Counted from the first letter of the stretch, positions 9,732 through 20,219 are shown. The stretch is DNA of 64,000 nt from an uncultured Alphaproteobacteria bacterium (GCA_964412505.1 CAYPOM010000002.1:39715-103714); one strand, 5' to 3'. A program made the numbers and translations. Notes: generated by a model not told the origin, from the letters alone.

Positions 9732-11300
9732 TTATTGAATTTGTTTGAAAGATATAGCTTCAGCAATATAGTCTTTGGAAATACTTTCACTATTACTTAA
9801 ATCTGCTATAGTTCTTGCCACTTTAAGTGTTTTATAAAATCCACGAGCTGATATGTTAAATTTATGAGAAAAGTCTAGCAAAAAATTTCTAGCATCGGTT
9901 GTAAGCCCATTCTCAAGATCATTACCTTTTGCTTCGGCATTAGTAAAAATTTCGCATTTTTTATATCGTTCCGCTTGAATATCTCTTGCCGTGATAACTC
10001 GTTTTCTAATTATTTCTGAAGTTTCATCGTTTTGCCCTGAATTGTACTGTAAATCGAAAAAAGATATTTGTTCTGTAAAAATCTGCAAATCAAATCTATC
10101 TAAAAGAGGGCCAGAAATTCTCTGCATATATTCTCGTCCACAATTATGCGTATTTTTACATTCTTTTCCATTTATTCCGAGAAAACCACACTTACAAGGA
10201 TTCATTGCTGCAATTAATTGTATCCTAGCAGGATATGATACATGGTTATTAGCCCTAGCTATACTTATATATCCAGTTTCTAATGGCTGTCTTAAAGCTT
10301 CTAGAGCAGCTCTAGAAAACTCTGGAAGTTCATCTAGAAACAAAACGCCTCTATGAGCTAATGATATTTCTCCAGGTTGAGCTTTAATGCCTCCACCCAC
10401 TAATGCTGCCAATGACGCAGAGTGGTGAGGAGCTCTGTATGGCCTTTTGGTAATTAAACCATTTTCTGGAGTTTGATTAATCAAACTGTATATCATAGTT
10501 ACTTCTAAAGATTCTTCTGGGCTTAACGGAGGGAGAATACTATTTAATCGAGATGCCAACATTGATTTACCAACGCCTGGAGATCCAGACATTAACATAT
10601 TATGCCCACCTGCAGCTGCGATTTCTAAGCATCTTTTTGCTAAACCTTGCCCTTTTACGTCGCTTAAGCATTCATTCCCATAATGCTCTAAATCGCCAGC
10701 AATAAGTTCAGGGATTTCTATTGTTTGCCTCCCATTCAAATAGTTTATTAGGCACATTAAATTATCTGCTGGGATTACAGCGTTATGCCCAACCCACAAA
10801 GCTTCGTTAACTACACTTTTAGGACAAATTAATCCATACCCTAGTGACTTTGCACAAACAGCTGCAGGTAAAACTCCTGAGACAGGTTTTAAACAACCGT
10901 CTAGCGCAAGTTCCCCTAAGGCGACATAAGTATCTATGCTATTTTGTTCGATTATTCCCATTGAGCATAGCAAGGCTAGTACTATTGGTAAATCGTAATG
11001 TCCTCCATCCTTTTGAACGTCAGCTGGAGATAAATTCACTGTAATTCTTTTTGCTGGGAAACTAATACCTAATGAATATAGACAGGCTCTAATTCTTTCT
11101 CTAGATTCTGCTACAGACTTGTTTGGTAATCCTACTATATTAAATGCAGGCAGACCGTTAAACATTTGTACTTGCACATCTATTGGGACTGCGTCAACCC
11201 CATAAAATGCAACAGTAGTTATTCTTGAGTTCACTTGTTTACCTATATGTTCCACTCTGCTAACAAATGTTAGCTGCAAAAGGTAAAAATTTGGTTGCAT
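9732..11300 (-). CDS. yifB: YifB/ComM family Mg-chelatase-like ATPase
   Basis: N-terminal Lon-protease-like domain (GLPAFNIVGLPNKSVAESRERIR), Walker A GSPGVGKS, Walker B VLFLDELPEF, and a C-terminal ChlI-like region. The true start may be the internal GTG at about 11234. Confidence 0.9.
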   Translation of the reverse strand: MQPNFYLLQLTFVSRVEHIGKQVNSRITTVAFYGVDAVPIDVQVQMFNGLPAFNIVGLPNKSVAESRERIRACLYSLGISFPAKRITVNLSPADVQKDGGHYDLPIVLALLCSMGIIEQNSIDTYVALGELALDGCLKPVSGVLPAAVCAKSLGYGLICPKSVVNEALWVGHNAVIPADNLMCLINYLNGRQTIEIPELIAGDLEHYGNECLSDVKGQGLAKRCLEIAAAGGHNMLMSGSPGVGKSMLASRLNSILPPLSPEESLEVTMIYSLINQTPENGLITKRPYRAPHHSASLAALVGGGIKAQPGEISLAHRGVLFLDELPEFSRAALEALRQPLETGYISIARANNHVSYPARIQLIAAMNPCKCGFLGINGKECKNTHNCGREYMQRISGPLLDRFDLQIFTEQISFFDLQYNSGQNDETSEIIRKRVITARDIQAERYKKCEIFTNAEAKGNDLENGLTTDARNFLLDFSHKFNISARGFYKTLKVARTIADLSNSESISKDYIAEAISFKQIQ

Positions 11301-11371
11301 TGTGCATTGCTAATTTTGCAGAAACATCAAATAAATGTTAGAATTGATTTGATTACTTTTTGGGGTGTTTT

Positions 11372-12088
11372 ATGTCACGAAATTCTAGTCCTTTTTACAA
11401 AGCTGTTTCAGATAATGCTGCCGCTATCGATAGTGGTTTAAGGGCGTTCATGCTTAAAGTTTTCAATTATATGGGATTTGGGCTTGCAATTACTGGTGCT
11501 GTTGCATTTTTGATATCAACATCTCCAGAACTGTTATCTGTCATGTTATCAACACAAATGTACATATTACTATTTTTAGCGCAAATAGGGATTTGTTTTT
11601 ATGTAAGTTTCAGGATAAACAGAATCAAAGCATCCACAGCACAATCATTGTTTTGGACTTTCGCAGTTCTGATGGGAGCATCATTATCATCTATATTTGT
11701 GATTTATACAGGTGAAAGTATAGCAAGTACATTTTTTATAACATCATCCATGTTCTTATCAATGAGTTTATATGGTTATACAACTGGTAAAGATTTATCA
11801 AAATTAGGTTCTATTTTACTGATGGGAGTTATAGGTTTGATTGTTGCTAGTGTAGTTAATTTGTTTATGCAAAATTCAGCATTTTCATTGATTATATCAG
11901 GATTAGGTGTGCTCATATTCACAGGTTTAACAGCATATGATGTCCAAAAAATTAAGGCTTTTTATTTCTCAGGAGATGATATAGAAATTTCGAGCAAAAA
12001 AGCGATAATTGGAGCGCTAAATTTGTATCTTGATTTTATAAATTTGTTTATATACATATTACGCTTTGTAGGTATGAGAAGAGATTAA
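11372..12088 (+). CDS. BAX inhibitor-1/YccA family membrane protein
   Basis: Seven hydrophobic segments, N-terminal ...DSGLRAFMLKVFNYM and C-terminal ALNLYLDFINLFIYILRF, typical of the BI-1/YccA family. ATG at 11372 is preferred over the upstream TTG at 11360. Confidence 0.85.
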   Translation: MSRNSSPFYKAVSDNAAAIDSGLRAFMLKVFNYMGFGLAITGAVAFLISTSPELLSVMLSTQMYILLFLAQIGICFYVSFRINRIKASTAQSLFWTFAVLMGASLSSIFVIYTGESIASTFFITSSMFLSMSLYGYTTGKDLSKLGSILLMGVIGLIVASVVNLFMQNSAFSLIISGLGVLIFTGLTAYDVQKIKAFYFSGDDIEISSKKAIIGALNLYLDFINLFIYILRFVGMRRD

Positions 12089-12094
12089 GTTTAA

Positions 12095-12889
12095 ATGGAA
12101 TCCTTTTTGAATTCAGCAATACTAGCATTTGTGCAAGGAATTACAGAATTTATTCCTGTTAGTTCTTCTGCACATTTGTTGTTTTTCCGCAAATTTCTAA
12201 ATATTTGCAATGATCATTCGTTCGACGTTTTTTTAAATTTAGGAACTTTGAGTGCTATATTATGTTTTTTCTGGTACGACACTAGAAATCTAATCGCTGG
12301 TGGATTAGATTTCCTATTTTTTAAGCAAAGTGAAAATAAATCTTTTTTTTATGATATATTGATCGCGAATATTCCGACTTTTCTAATATTTGGAATTGTT
12401 GAGTTTTTTTATGGAAAGCAAACAGAATCAATATTAGTTTTAGTTATAAGTTTAATATTGTTCTCTTTTGTAATTTATTACTGTGACACTAAATTTGACG
12501 CTAAGAAAAGCCATTATCCATCTAGAAAAGAATGGTTCTTTATCGGTATAGCACAAGTTTTAGCGATAGTACCTGGTGTCAGCAGATTGGGAGTCACTAC
12601 GGCTGCTTTTCGTTGTGTAAAATATGACAGAATATCTTCATTCAAATACTCGTTAATTCTATCTGTTCCCGCTGTAGCTGGAGCATGCTTTTTAAAATGT
12701 ATAAAGCTTATTAAATATCAAAGCTATTCATGTGATTTAGCTCAAATGCTAATTTGTTTATTGATATCTTTTGTAGTAGGTATTGCCACATTGCGTATAG
12801 TTATTAGTTTTTTGAGAACTCATACATATTTTGCTTTTATCGTTTATAGAGTAATTTTTGGTTTACTCATTTTGTTCTTTATGTTCTAA
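12095..12889 (+). CDS. uppP: undecaprenyl-diphosphate phosphatase UppP (BacA)
   Basis: Signature VQGITEFIPVSSSAHL at the N-terminus, plus the PGVSRLG motif. 264-aa polytopic membrane protein. Confidence 0.9.
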   Translation: MESFLNSAILAFVQGITEFIPVSSSAHLLFFRKFLNICNDHSFDVFLNLGTLSAILCFFWYDTRNLIAGGLDFLFFKQSENKSFFYDILIANIPTFLIFGIVEFFYGKQTESILVLVISLILFSFVIYYCDTKFDAKKSHYPSRKEWFFIGIAQVLAIVPGVSRLGVTTAAFRCVKYDRISSFKYSLILSVPAVAGACFLKCIKLIKYQSYSCDLAQMLICLLISFVVGIATLRIVISFLRTHTYFAFIVYRVIFGLLILFFMF

Positions 12890-12911
12890 TTAAAAGTTGT
12901 TTGGAGTCAAT

Positions 12912-15221
12912 ATGGATAATTACCCTATAATTTTATTATCTGATGTAGTCGTTTTCCCGAATACTGTATTTTCTGTAATGATCGAAGTAGACGTGTCTAT
13001 CAGAGCGATAGAATATGCTATGGATAAGAACATTAATGTCGTTCTTTCTACTAAACAGACTAATTTTGAAAATGAATTTTCACTAGATAAATCATCATTT
13101 TCTATATATGGGGTTGTAGCTAAAATATTGCAAGTTTTGAAGATGCCAAATGGTAAGTTAAAAGTATTATTAGAGTCGTTAGATCGTGTTCGCATTCTAG
13201 AAACACAGTTTAACGGTGATTTTCATACTGCTGATTGTACAGTCCTTGAATCTGTTGTAAAAGCGAAAAGTAAAATCGAAGCGTTGCGTCGTACTTTGGT
13301 AAACGCTGTAGTTTCTTATAGCGAGTTGACTGACAATATAAAGAAAAATGTTATAGAAAAAATTATGGCGACAGAAGATGCTGCAAATTTAGCTGATATA
13401 CTACTTGATACACTAACTTTTCCTATCGATGATAAGTTGAGAATGTTAGGAACAGCTGATGTCGCTGATCGACTAAGTTATGTTTTAGATTACATTAATA
13501 GAGAAATAGCAATTTCAAGTGAAGAAAAAAATATACAAAATAGCTTACAAGAACAAATTGAAAAAAATAATAGAGAATATTATTTAAGAGAACAGTTAAA
13601 GGCAATACACAAAGAGTTAGGGCTTGATGGCGAAGATGGCGGAAAATCTGAAATAGAAGAGTTAGAGAGAAGAGGAAAACTTAAAAAATTTACATCTGAA
13701 GCTAAAGAAAAATTCGATAACGAAATTAAAAAACTCAAAATGATGCCACCAATGTCATCTGAAACAAGCGTAATTCGTGGCTATATCGATTGGTTACTTG
13801 ATTTGCCTTGGGGCGAAAAGAGTGTAGAAACGCGTGACATAGTAAAGGCAAAAAAAATACTTGATAGAGACCATTTTGGATTAGAAAAAGTCAAAGAAAG
13901 AATCTTGGAATTTTTGGCTGTTCAAAGTCGAGTAAAAAACGTGAAAGGACAGATAATTTGCTTATTTGGACCTCCAGGTGTTGGAAAAACTTCTTTAGCT
14001 AAATCTATAGCAGAAGCAACTGGTAGGAATTATGTGAAAATTTCATTGGGTGGAGTAAGAGATGAGGCGGAAATTCGTGGGCATAGAAGAACGTATGTTA
14101 GTGCATTTCCAGGCAAAATAATTTCTGCTTTGAAAAGAGCAAAAACATCAAATGCTTTGATACTTTTAGATGAAATAGATAAGGTTGGCGCAGATTCAAG
14201 GGGTGATCCAGAATCTGCACTTTTGGAGGTATTGGATCCTGAGCAAAATAAAACATTTAGTGATCATTATTTAGAAATAGATTATGATCTATCTGATGTG
14301 ATGTTTGTCGCTACTACAAATAGTTTAGAGATGAGCCGGCCATTATTGGATAGGCTAGAGATCATAAAACTATCTGGGTATACAGAATTTGAAAAATTTG
14401 AAATTGCAAGGAAGTATTTAGTTCCTAAAGTTATGTCTGAAAACGGACTGGAAGAAGATGAGTTTAGTGTATCAGATGATGTTATTTTCAAATTAATCAG
14501 GGATTACACAAGAGAAGCTGGAGTTAGAAATTTAGAAAGAGAAATTTTGAATTTAGCAAGAAAATCTGTAAAACAGATAATGGAAAATGAAGAAATAAAG
14601 AATGTATCTATTAATTTAGAAAATTTGGAAGAGTATGCTGGAATACAGAAATATACAAGAGATCCTTTAGATGAAACTAGCTTGATAGGTGTTACAAATG
14701 GTTTGGCATGGACAGAAGTCGGTGGTGAAACATTATCTATAGAAGCTGTAAGTTTCCCAGGAAAAGGTAAAGTTACTCTGACAGGCAAGCTTGGAGACGT
14801 AATGCAGGAATCTATTCAAGCAGCCCTTAGTTTAATTAGGTCAAAATCAGAGCAATTCGGGTTGCAAAATGATTTTTTTGAAAAAAATGATTTTCATATA
14901 CATGTTCCTGATGGTGCTACACCAAAAGATGGGCCTTCTGCTGGAATAGCTATGGTCACGTCTATCGTTTCTGTTATTACAAATCGTTCTGTTCGTAAAG
15001 ATGTCGCCATGACCGGAGAAATAACATTAAGAGGTAGAGTGTTCCCAATAGGAGGTTTAAAGGAAAAATTACTGGCAGCACATAGGGCTCAAATAAAAAC
15101 AGTTTTAATTCCAAAAGACAACGAGAAAGATTTAAAAGAAATTCCAGAGAATGTCTTAAGTGATTTAGATGTAATTGCTGTTTCTCACATTGATGAGGTG
15201 CTAAAAATAGCATTGGTATAA
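12912..15221 (+). CDS. lon: ATP-dependent Lon protease
   Basis: N-terminal LON domain, Walker [10 protein letters not shown], Walker B ILLDEIDK, catalytic serine motif [17 protein letters not shown] lies 5 nt before the ATG at 12912. Confidence 0.97.
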   Translation: MDNYPIILLSDVVVFPNTVFSVMIEVDVSIRAIEYAMDKNINVVLSTKQTNFENEFSLDKSSFSIYGVVAKILQVLKMPNGKLKVLLESLDRVRILETQFNGDFHTADCTVLESVVKAKSKIEALRRTLVNAVVSYSELTDNIKKNVIEKIMATEDAANLADILLDTLTFPIDDKLRMLGTADVADRLSYVLDYINREIAISSEEKNIQNSLQEQIEKNNREYYLREQLKAIHKELGLDGEDGGKSEIEELERRGKLKKFTSEAKEKFDNEIKKLKMMPPMSSETSVIRGYIDWLLDLPWGEKSVETRDIVKAKKILDRDHFGLEKVKERILEFLAVQSRVKNVKGQIICLFGPPGVGKTSLAKSIAEATGRNYVKISLGGVRDEAEIRGHRRTYVSAFPGKIISALKRAKTSNALILLDEIDKVGADSRGDPESALLEVLDPEQNKTFSDHYLEIDYDLSDVMFVATTNSLEMSRPLLDRLEIIKLSGYTEFEKFEIARKYLVPKVMSENGLEEDEFSVSDDVIFKLIRDYTREAGVRNLEREILNLARKSVKQIMENEEIKNVSINLENLEEYAGIQKYTRDPLDETSLIGVTNGLAWTEVGGETLSIEAVSFPGKGKVTLTGKLGDVMQESIQAALSLIRSKSEQFGLQNDFFEKNDFHIHVPDGATPKDGPSAGIAMVTSIVSVITNRSVRKDVAMTGEITLRGRVFPIGGLKEKLLAAHRAQIKTVLIPKDNEKDLKEIPENVLSDLDVIAVSHIDEVLKIALV

Positions 15222-15285
15222 CATTTAATCGTTAATTAATTATTTTTGGCGACAATTACGATTATTGCTGTTACGCGTTTTATCT

Positions 15286-15870
15286 ATGTCTTTTAACTTT
15301 GTAAGTAATGTACTTGAAACATCAGATTGTCGTTCTACATACAGTGAAGGTGAATTAAGTATATTATATTGGCATGATTTAGTATTTGGCACGTGCGTTT
15401 CAATGTTGCTTGAAAAAATAATAGTAGATGATACGACGCACACATATAACAAATCCACTCTTATCAGATATTTGCAAAATGCATATCTTATGAATATTCA
15501 GATTTCTTTGTGTTTTTTAGATATTGACAATTTTAAACAAATTAATGATAGATTCGGACATTTAAAAGGTGATCAAGTCTTAGCCGATCTTTGTTCTTTT
15601 ATAAAAATAAAATTAAATAGCAAATTTAAATTATTTAGATTTGGTGGTGATGAGTTTGTAATAACTAATACTGAAAATAGTATTGAAGAGCTCTATAATT
15701 TGATAAATGAAATTATTTGTAAATTACATTCGCATACATTTTCAAACGATATAAAAATTGAGATATCATACGGTATAAGCAATTCTGTACAATCAAAAAA
15801 TTATATTGATTTAATAGAAAATGCAGATTCAGCTATGCGCAAGATGAAATCTACAAGAAAACTTATATAA
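15286..15870 (+). CDS. stand-alone GGDEF-domain protein (putative diguanylate cyclase)
   Basis: FLDIDNFKQINDRFGHLKGDQVL ... RFGGDEFVI ... SYGIS ... ADSAMRKMK. The start is uncertain (TTG 15265, ATG 15286 or ATG 15403). At most about 45 aa precede the domain. Confidence 0.8.
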   Translation: MSFNFVSNVLETSDCRSTYSEGELSILYWHDLVFGTCVSMLLEKIIVDDTTHTYNKSTLIRYLQNAYLMNIQISLCFLDIDNFKQINDRFGHLKGDQVLADLCSFIKIKLNSKFKLFRFGGDEFVITNTENSIEELYNLINEIICKLHSHTFSNDIKIEISYGISNSVQSKNYIDLIENADSAMRKMKSTRKLI

Positions 15871-15998
15871 TTTTTTTACATATAGAAAAGCCTGCAAAAA
15901 AATGGGTTAAAAATAAAATTGTAGACTTACCTCTTTAATGAGCCTGAACAAATAAATACAAAAAACTAAAGTTAGTTACGGACTTACTCAGAATTCTA

Positions 15999-16376
15999 CT
16001 ATTCCTGCTTTTTTTTATAATCTTCTATAGCAGCTTTTACAGCTTCTTCTGCCAATACAGAACAATGTATTTTCACTGGAGGCAAAGCAAGTTCTTCAGC
16101 TATTTCTGTGTTTTTTATTTTTACTATATCATCTAAGTTCTTACCTTGAATTTTTTCAGTAATTAGAGAGCTAGATGCTATTGCCGCACCACATCCAAAA
16201 GCTTTAAATTTAGAGTCAACAACGACGCCATTTTCATCTACTTTTATTTGTAATTTTATCATATCGCCGCATGCAGGAGCACCTACAACTGCAGTACCAA
16301 CATTTTGATCAGTTTCCTCAAAACTACCAACATTTTTCGGATTTTCGTATAATTCTAAAACTTTTTTCGAATACAT
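15999..16376 (-). CDS. iscU: Fe-S cluster assembly scaffold IscU
   Basis: Three conserved Cys motifs (GAPACGD, FGCGAAIASSS, IHCSVLAEEA). 125 aa, directly downstream of iscS. Confidence 0.92.
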   Translation of the reverse strand: MYSKKVLELYENPKNVGSFEETDQNVGTAVVGAPACGDMIKLQIKVDENGVVVDSKFKAFGCGAAIASSSLITEKIQGKNLDDIVKIKNTEIAEELALPPVKIHCSVLAEEAVKAAIEDYKKKQE

Positions 16377-16389
16377 AACTCACCTATAA

Positions 16390-17568
16390 TTAACCATTCC
16401 AAATAGGGCTCATGTCTCTTAAACGAGAAACGACAGGAACTAATTTTTTTATAAAAATATCAACTTCTTCTTTTGTCGTAAATTTACCTAAACCGATTCT
16501 GATAGAAGAATGTCCATCGGACTCTTCACCTCCAAGCGCTTTTATTACATAAGAACCCTCAAGATTTTCAGATGTGCAAGCTGATCCAGAAGAAACAGCA
16601 ATATCTGTTAGCCCCATCATAATCCCCTCTCCTTCTATGCCTACAAAATTTAAATTTAGATTTCCAGGAATTCTATGTTTTAAGCTGCCATTTACAAAAA
16701 CTTTTGGTAATCGTTTCTGTATTTCTTGTAACATATAATTACGTAACTTCAATATACGTTCTGACTCATCAACAAGCTCTAATTTCGCTATCCTGCATGC
16801 CTCTCCCAACCCAACACATAAAGGGGTCGGCAGCGTACCTGAGCGCATGCCGCGTTCTTGTCCTCCACCATCAAATAGTGGGTTTAGCCTAATTCTTCGT
16901 GGAGATGTTCTCACATATAAAGCGCCGATGCCCTTAGGGCCGTAGATTTTATGACCAGAAATACTTATCAAATCTATATTTTCTATTCCGATATTTTTCA
17001 TATCGATTTTTCCGATCGCTTGAGCAGCATCTGTATGAAAGATAATTTTATTGTTTTTAGATTTGCAAATTTCTGAAATTTTTTTAATATCTTGAATTAC
17101 ACCAATTTCATTATTCACTGCCATGATCGAAACAAGTATCACATCATCTGTCAATTCCTGCTGTAATTGGTCTATGTTAATTAAACCATCTCTATCTACA
17201 TCTAGATACACTACATTATATCCATCAAGTTCTAAAGAATGACAGCATTCTAAAACACATTTATGTTCAATTTTTGATGTAATAATTTTATTTCCATATT
17301 CGCGATAAAATTTAGCTGCACCTTTAATGGCAAGATTGTTAGACTCTGTCGCTCCAGATGTAAAGATAATCTCTTTTGGAGAATTAGCATATATTATATC
17401 AGCAACATATTTCCTAGCTTCTTCAACTGCATTGGCTGCATTTCTGCCGAAAGAATGACTATATGAATGAGGATTCCCAAAATTTTCTTTAAAAAACGGA
17501 AGCATCTTTTCTAACACACGTTCATCACATGGTGTTGTAGATTGATAATCTAAATATATACCATTCAT
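16390..17568 (-). CDS. iscS: cysteine desulfurase IscS
   Basis: PLP-lysine motif SGHKIYGPKGIGALY and active-site SSGSACTS. GGAGG RBS precedes the ATG at 17568. Confidence 0.92.
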   Translation of the reverse strand: MNGIYLDYQSTTPCDERVLEKMLPFFKENFGNPHSYSHSFGRNAANAVEEARKYVADIIYANSPKEIIFTSGATESNNLAIKGAAKFYREYGNKIITSKIEHKCVLECCHSLELDGYNVVYLDVDRDGLINIDQLQQELTDDVILVSIMAVNNEIGVIQDIKKISEICKSKNNKIIFHTDAAQAIGKIDMKNIGIENIDLISISGHKIYGPKGIGALYVRTSPRRIRLNPLFDGGGQERGMRSGTLPTPLCVGLGEACRIAKLELVDESERILKLRNYMLQEIQKRLPKVFVNGSLKHRIPGNLNLNFVGIEGEGIMMGLTDIAVSSGSACTSENLEGSYVIKALGGEESDGHSSIRIGLGKFTTKEEVDIFIKKLVPVVSRLRDMSPIWNG

Positions 17569-17764
17569 AATCACCTCCAAATAAGCATGTCCAGAATATC
17601 ACAAATACATAATGATTACCATTTATTGTTTTGCAGATTGATGATGCGCAAATTAAAAAATTTATATTATATAGTTGCGTTTTTAACAATGATAATGCTA
17701 TTATTAACGATGTGAGTATGCCCTATTGGGGTACTGTTTTTAATGCTTGTTTATGAGGTTAATT

Positions 17765-18187
17765 ATGAATGAAATTTCTCTTTTTAATAGTCCATTATTT
17801 GTTGGATTTGACAGATTTGAACGTTTGATAGACAGTCTTAATAAAGTTGAGGATTCGTATCCACCATATAATATCGAGGTTATAGGTGAAGATGGGTTTC
17901 GTATAACTATTGCTTTAGCTGGGTTCAAAGAAAGTGATTTATCTGTTTCTCTAGAAGAAAATAAATTAGTCATTAGAGGGAAACAGCAAGAAGACACGAC
18001 AGACCGTGTATACATACATCGTGGATTAGCATCCCGTAGATTTATAAAAACTTTTGTGCTTGCTGATAATATAGAAGTTAGAGATGCAGTATTCGACAAT
18101 GGGTTATTGTACATTAGTCTTGAAACAGTAAAACCTACATCAGAACCTAAATTTATAAAGATTAATAAAATAGAATCAGCAGAATGA
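17765..18187 (+). CDS. small heat-shock protein (Hsp20/IbpA family)
   Basis: Alpha-crystallin domain (PPYNIEVIGEDGFRITIALAGF...LVIRG...RRFIKTFVLAD...NGLLYISL). GAGG RBS precedes the ATG at 17765. Confidence 0.85.
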   Translation: MNEISLFNSPLFVGFDRFERLIDSLNKVEDSYPPYNIEVIGEDGFRITIALAGFKESDLSVSLEENKLVIRGKQQEDTTDRVYIHRGLASRRFIKTFVLADNIEVRDAVFDNGLLYISLETVKPTSEPKFIKINKIESAE

Positions 18188-18314
18188 TAAGCATAATATC
18201 AATGATTGAAAGTTGATTGATTTTTAGTATTTGAGTGTGGCTAATTCGTTTTCTGATATCAAGAATTGTATATTCTTAGTTGATTGCTATTTAACAATAA
18301 AATTAAATTAATTA

Positions 18315-19004
18315 TTAAAATAGTAAATCTTTAATAGAAGGGCTATCTTTTCCTGACGACGAACCTGAGTCTTCGTATGTTACACAAGGTTGAATATGCA
18401 AGTATTTTGATAAAAGTATTCCACGAGTTAGCCAAAATGTATTTGGCGTTGTTTCTATTATACACATATGTCCGTCTATTTGTGGTTCTCGGTCTGTAAC
18501 TACGTACGCTATTTTCGCATTTTGGTCTACTATATCTATATTCAATGCAGTCAAGCAAATTCTAGATTCATAATTTTTACAGAAACAGTTTCCAGAATAT
18601 ACATCTAACTCTAATTTTTGGTGTATTCTAGATATATTCCTGTCTGTTAATTCTGGCTCTACTACGTAATAAAATTCTTTCCCATTTCCATCTTTTGTAT
18701 GTTTTTTATCTATACCTAATGTTATAAACGGAATATGGCCACAAATTACGCCATATTCTCCTTCTTCTCCTGAATTCTGATTTTTAGATGGTGATGGCAA
18801 CCTAAAATTAACGGAGACAAAGTCTGCTAAAGCATGTTTGATTATATCTATATTTTCTTTTGTTCTCTGCTTCACATAAATATTTTTTTGAATTGCTACA
18901 TTTTTGCTTATTGTTCCGCAAATCACGCCTATCACACATATAGCTATAGCAATTTCTAAAAGAATAAAACCATATTTTGACGATCTCAACAAACGAAGTT
19001 TCAT
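18315..19004 (-). CDS. prepilin-type N-terminal cleavage/methylation-motif protein (orphan pilin/pseudopilin-like)
   Basis: Basic leader MKLRLLRSSKYG followed by FILLEIAIAICVIGVI (Gly-1, Phe+1, Glu+5). The roughly 200-aa mature part is Cys-rich with no similarity I recognise. Its start overlaps the upstream stop (ATGA at 19001..19004). Confidence 0.55.
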   Translation of the reverse strand: MKLRLLRSSKYGFILLEIAIAICVIGVICGTISKNVAIQKNIYVKQRTKENIDIIKHALADFVSVNFRLPSPSKNQNSGEEGEYGVICGHIPFITLGIDKKHTKDGNGKEFYYVVEPELTDRNISRIHQKLELDVYSGNCFCKNYESRICLTALNIDIVDQNAKIAYVVTDREPQIDGHMCIIETTPNTFWLTRGILLSKYLHIQPCVTYEDSGSSSGKDSPSIKDLLF

Positions 19005-19426
19005 TTCGTCGTATCGACTATTATGTCAAAGAAACTATATTCATCTTTGTTATTACCTGGTTCTATTTTTTCACTTTTAATATTGACTTTATTCTTAATA
19101 ATTCCTGTATTAGGCAGTGTAGACACGTATATAGTAATATTTTGGGAAGCATTAGCTGGGAGGACAAAATCAGATGGGAAAACACTCACTATATCTCTTA
19201 CATCTGGTCTAATTTCTACAGATAAATCAGATTTAGATATATTCTTTATAGTGATATTTTCAGATTGTTGCTTAAGAGTAAGTATTAAATCTTTTGGCTT
19301 TACTATTTCTATATTCCCATGTAAATCATTATTTTGCACTTTCCCATAGCACTGCATGTATACGCAACTGAAACAAAAAACAGCAGCTAAAGTTCTACAT
19401 AGATACGCGGGCATTTTCTTAGTCAT
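19001..19426 (-). CDS. secreted small beta-sandwich-like protein (MSP/PapD/ASH-like pattern), function unknown
   Basis: Signal peptide MTKKMPAYLCRTLAAVFCFSCVYMQCYG. The mature region shows an alternating beta-strand pattern (ITIKNISKSDLSVEIRP..VFPSDFVLPANASQNITIYV). The fold assignment is inference only. Confidence 0.4.
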   Translation of the reverse strand: MTKKMPAYLCRTLAAVFCFSCVYMQCYGKVQNNDLHGNIEIVKPKDLILTLKQQSENITIKNISKSDLSVEIRPDVRDIVSVFPSDFVLPANASQNITIYVSTLPNTGIIKNKVNIKSEKIEPGNNKDEYSFFDIIVDTTK

Positions 19427-19532
19427 TATTCAAATCCTGTTCTGTTTGTATTCATTATTGTAATATAAAAAAGTTTAGCATAGATAAATATTCATGTTTT
19501 TTGTATAATATCGTGTATTTTTATCGGTTACT

Positions 19533-20219
19533 GTGAGATTATTAAAAAAAACAAGAAAAAAAATCACTAAGTCAGAAACATTCATAAAACTTACTTCTAA
19601 GTGTGTTGCCAAACTTATGAAGTTCTGTTTTGTTACAACAAAGTGGGAAACAATCGGATTAGAACACGTTGATTCTTACGTTATGTCTAATCGAGGATTG
19701 CTAATGGCACTTTGGCACGATAGACTTATGACAGCTCCTTGTGCTTGGAAATGGATTAAACCGCTTCATGTCCTCGCTTCTGAACATAATGATGGAAGGT
19801 TAATTGCTAAAACAGTAGAAAATTTAAATATGATACCTGTATATGGTTCGACTGGAAAATGTTCAGTTAAATCTATTAGAGAAATGATAGATTTGTGCAA
19901 TTCTGGACAATGCTTAGCGATTATTCCAGATGGGCCAAGAGGGCCAAGGCATGTTGTATCTGATGGAATAGTGACAATATCAAAAATAACAAAAACCGAC
20001 ATTATTCCGTTTTCTTGCTGCGTAAAAAATTTCAAAAAATGTAAATCATGGGACGAATTTATTATCGCATATCCATTTAATAAAGGTGTAATAATTTGTG
20101 GTGAACCTATAAAATATAATGATATCAAGGATATCGATACCGAAACAGTAAAGACTATGATAAAAGAAGAGATAAATAAATTATCTCAAATTGCATACGA
20201 GAAATTACAGGAATTATAA
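19533..20219 (+). CDS. DUF374-domain lysophospholipid-acyltransferase-like protein
   Basis: ALWHDRL...ASEHNDGRLIA...IPDGPRGPRHV matches the DUF374 pattern. GTG start. It sits immediately upstream of waaA, as in many proteobacteria. Confidence 0.75.
   Translation: MRLLKKTRKKITKSETFIKLTSKCVAKLMKFCFVTTKWETIGLEHVDSYVMSNRGLLMALWHDRLMTAPCAWKWIKPLHVLASEHNDGRLIAKTVENLNMIPVYGSTGKCSVKSIREMIDLCNSGQCLAIIPDGPRGPRHVVSDGIVTISKITKTDIIPFSCCVKNFKKCKSWDEFIIAYPFNKGVIICGEPIKYNDIKDIDTETVKTMIKEEINKLSQIAYEKLQEL

Noticed and set aside
15240-15458. 72-aa minus-strand ORF overlapping the 5' part of the GGDEF gene
   Set aside because: It has no RBS or homology support, and it lies antisense to the region that may contain the true GGDEF start. 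I treat it as noise, although it shows how uncertain the GGDEF N-terminus is.
17581-17764. The divergent iscS/hsp20 intergenic region was inspected for a sigma-32-type heat-shock promoter or an IscR box
   Set aside because: Only loose matches were found, for example CCCTATTG near 17731. No properly spaced -35 element was present, so this is too weak to call.
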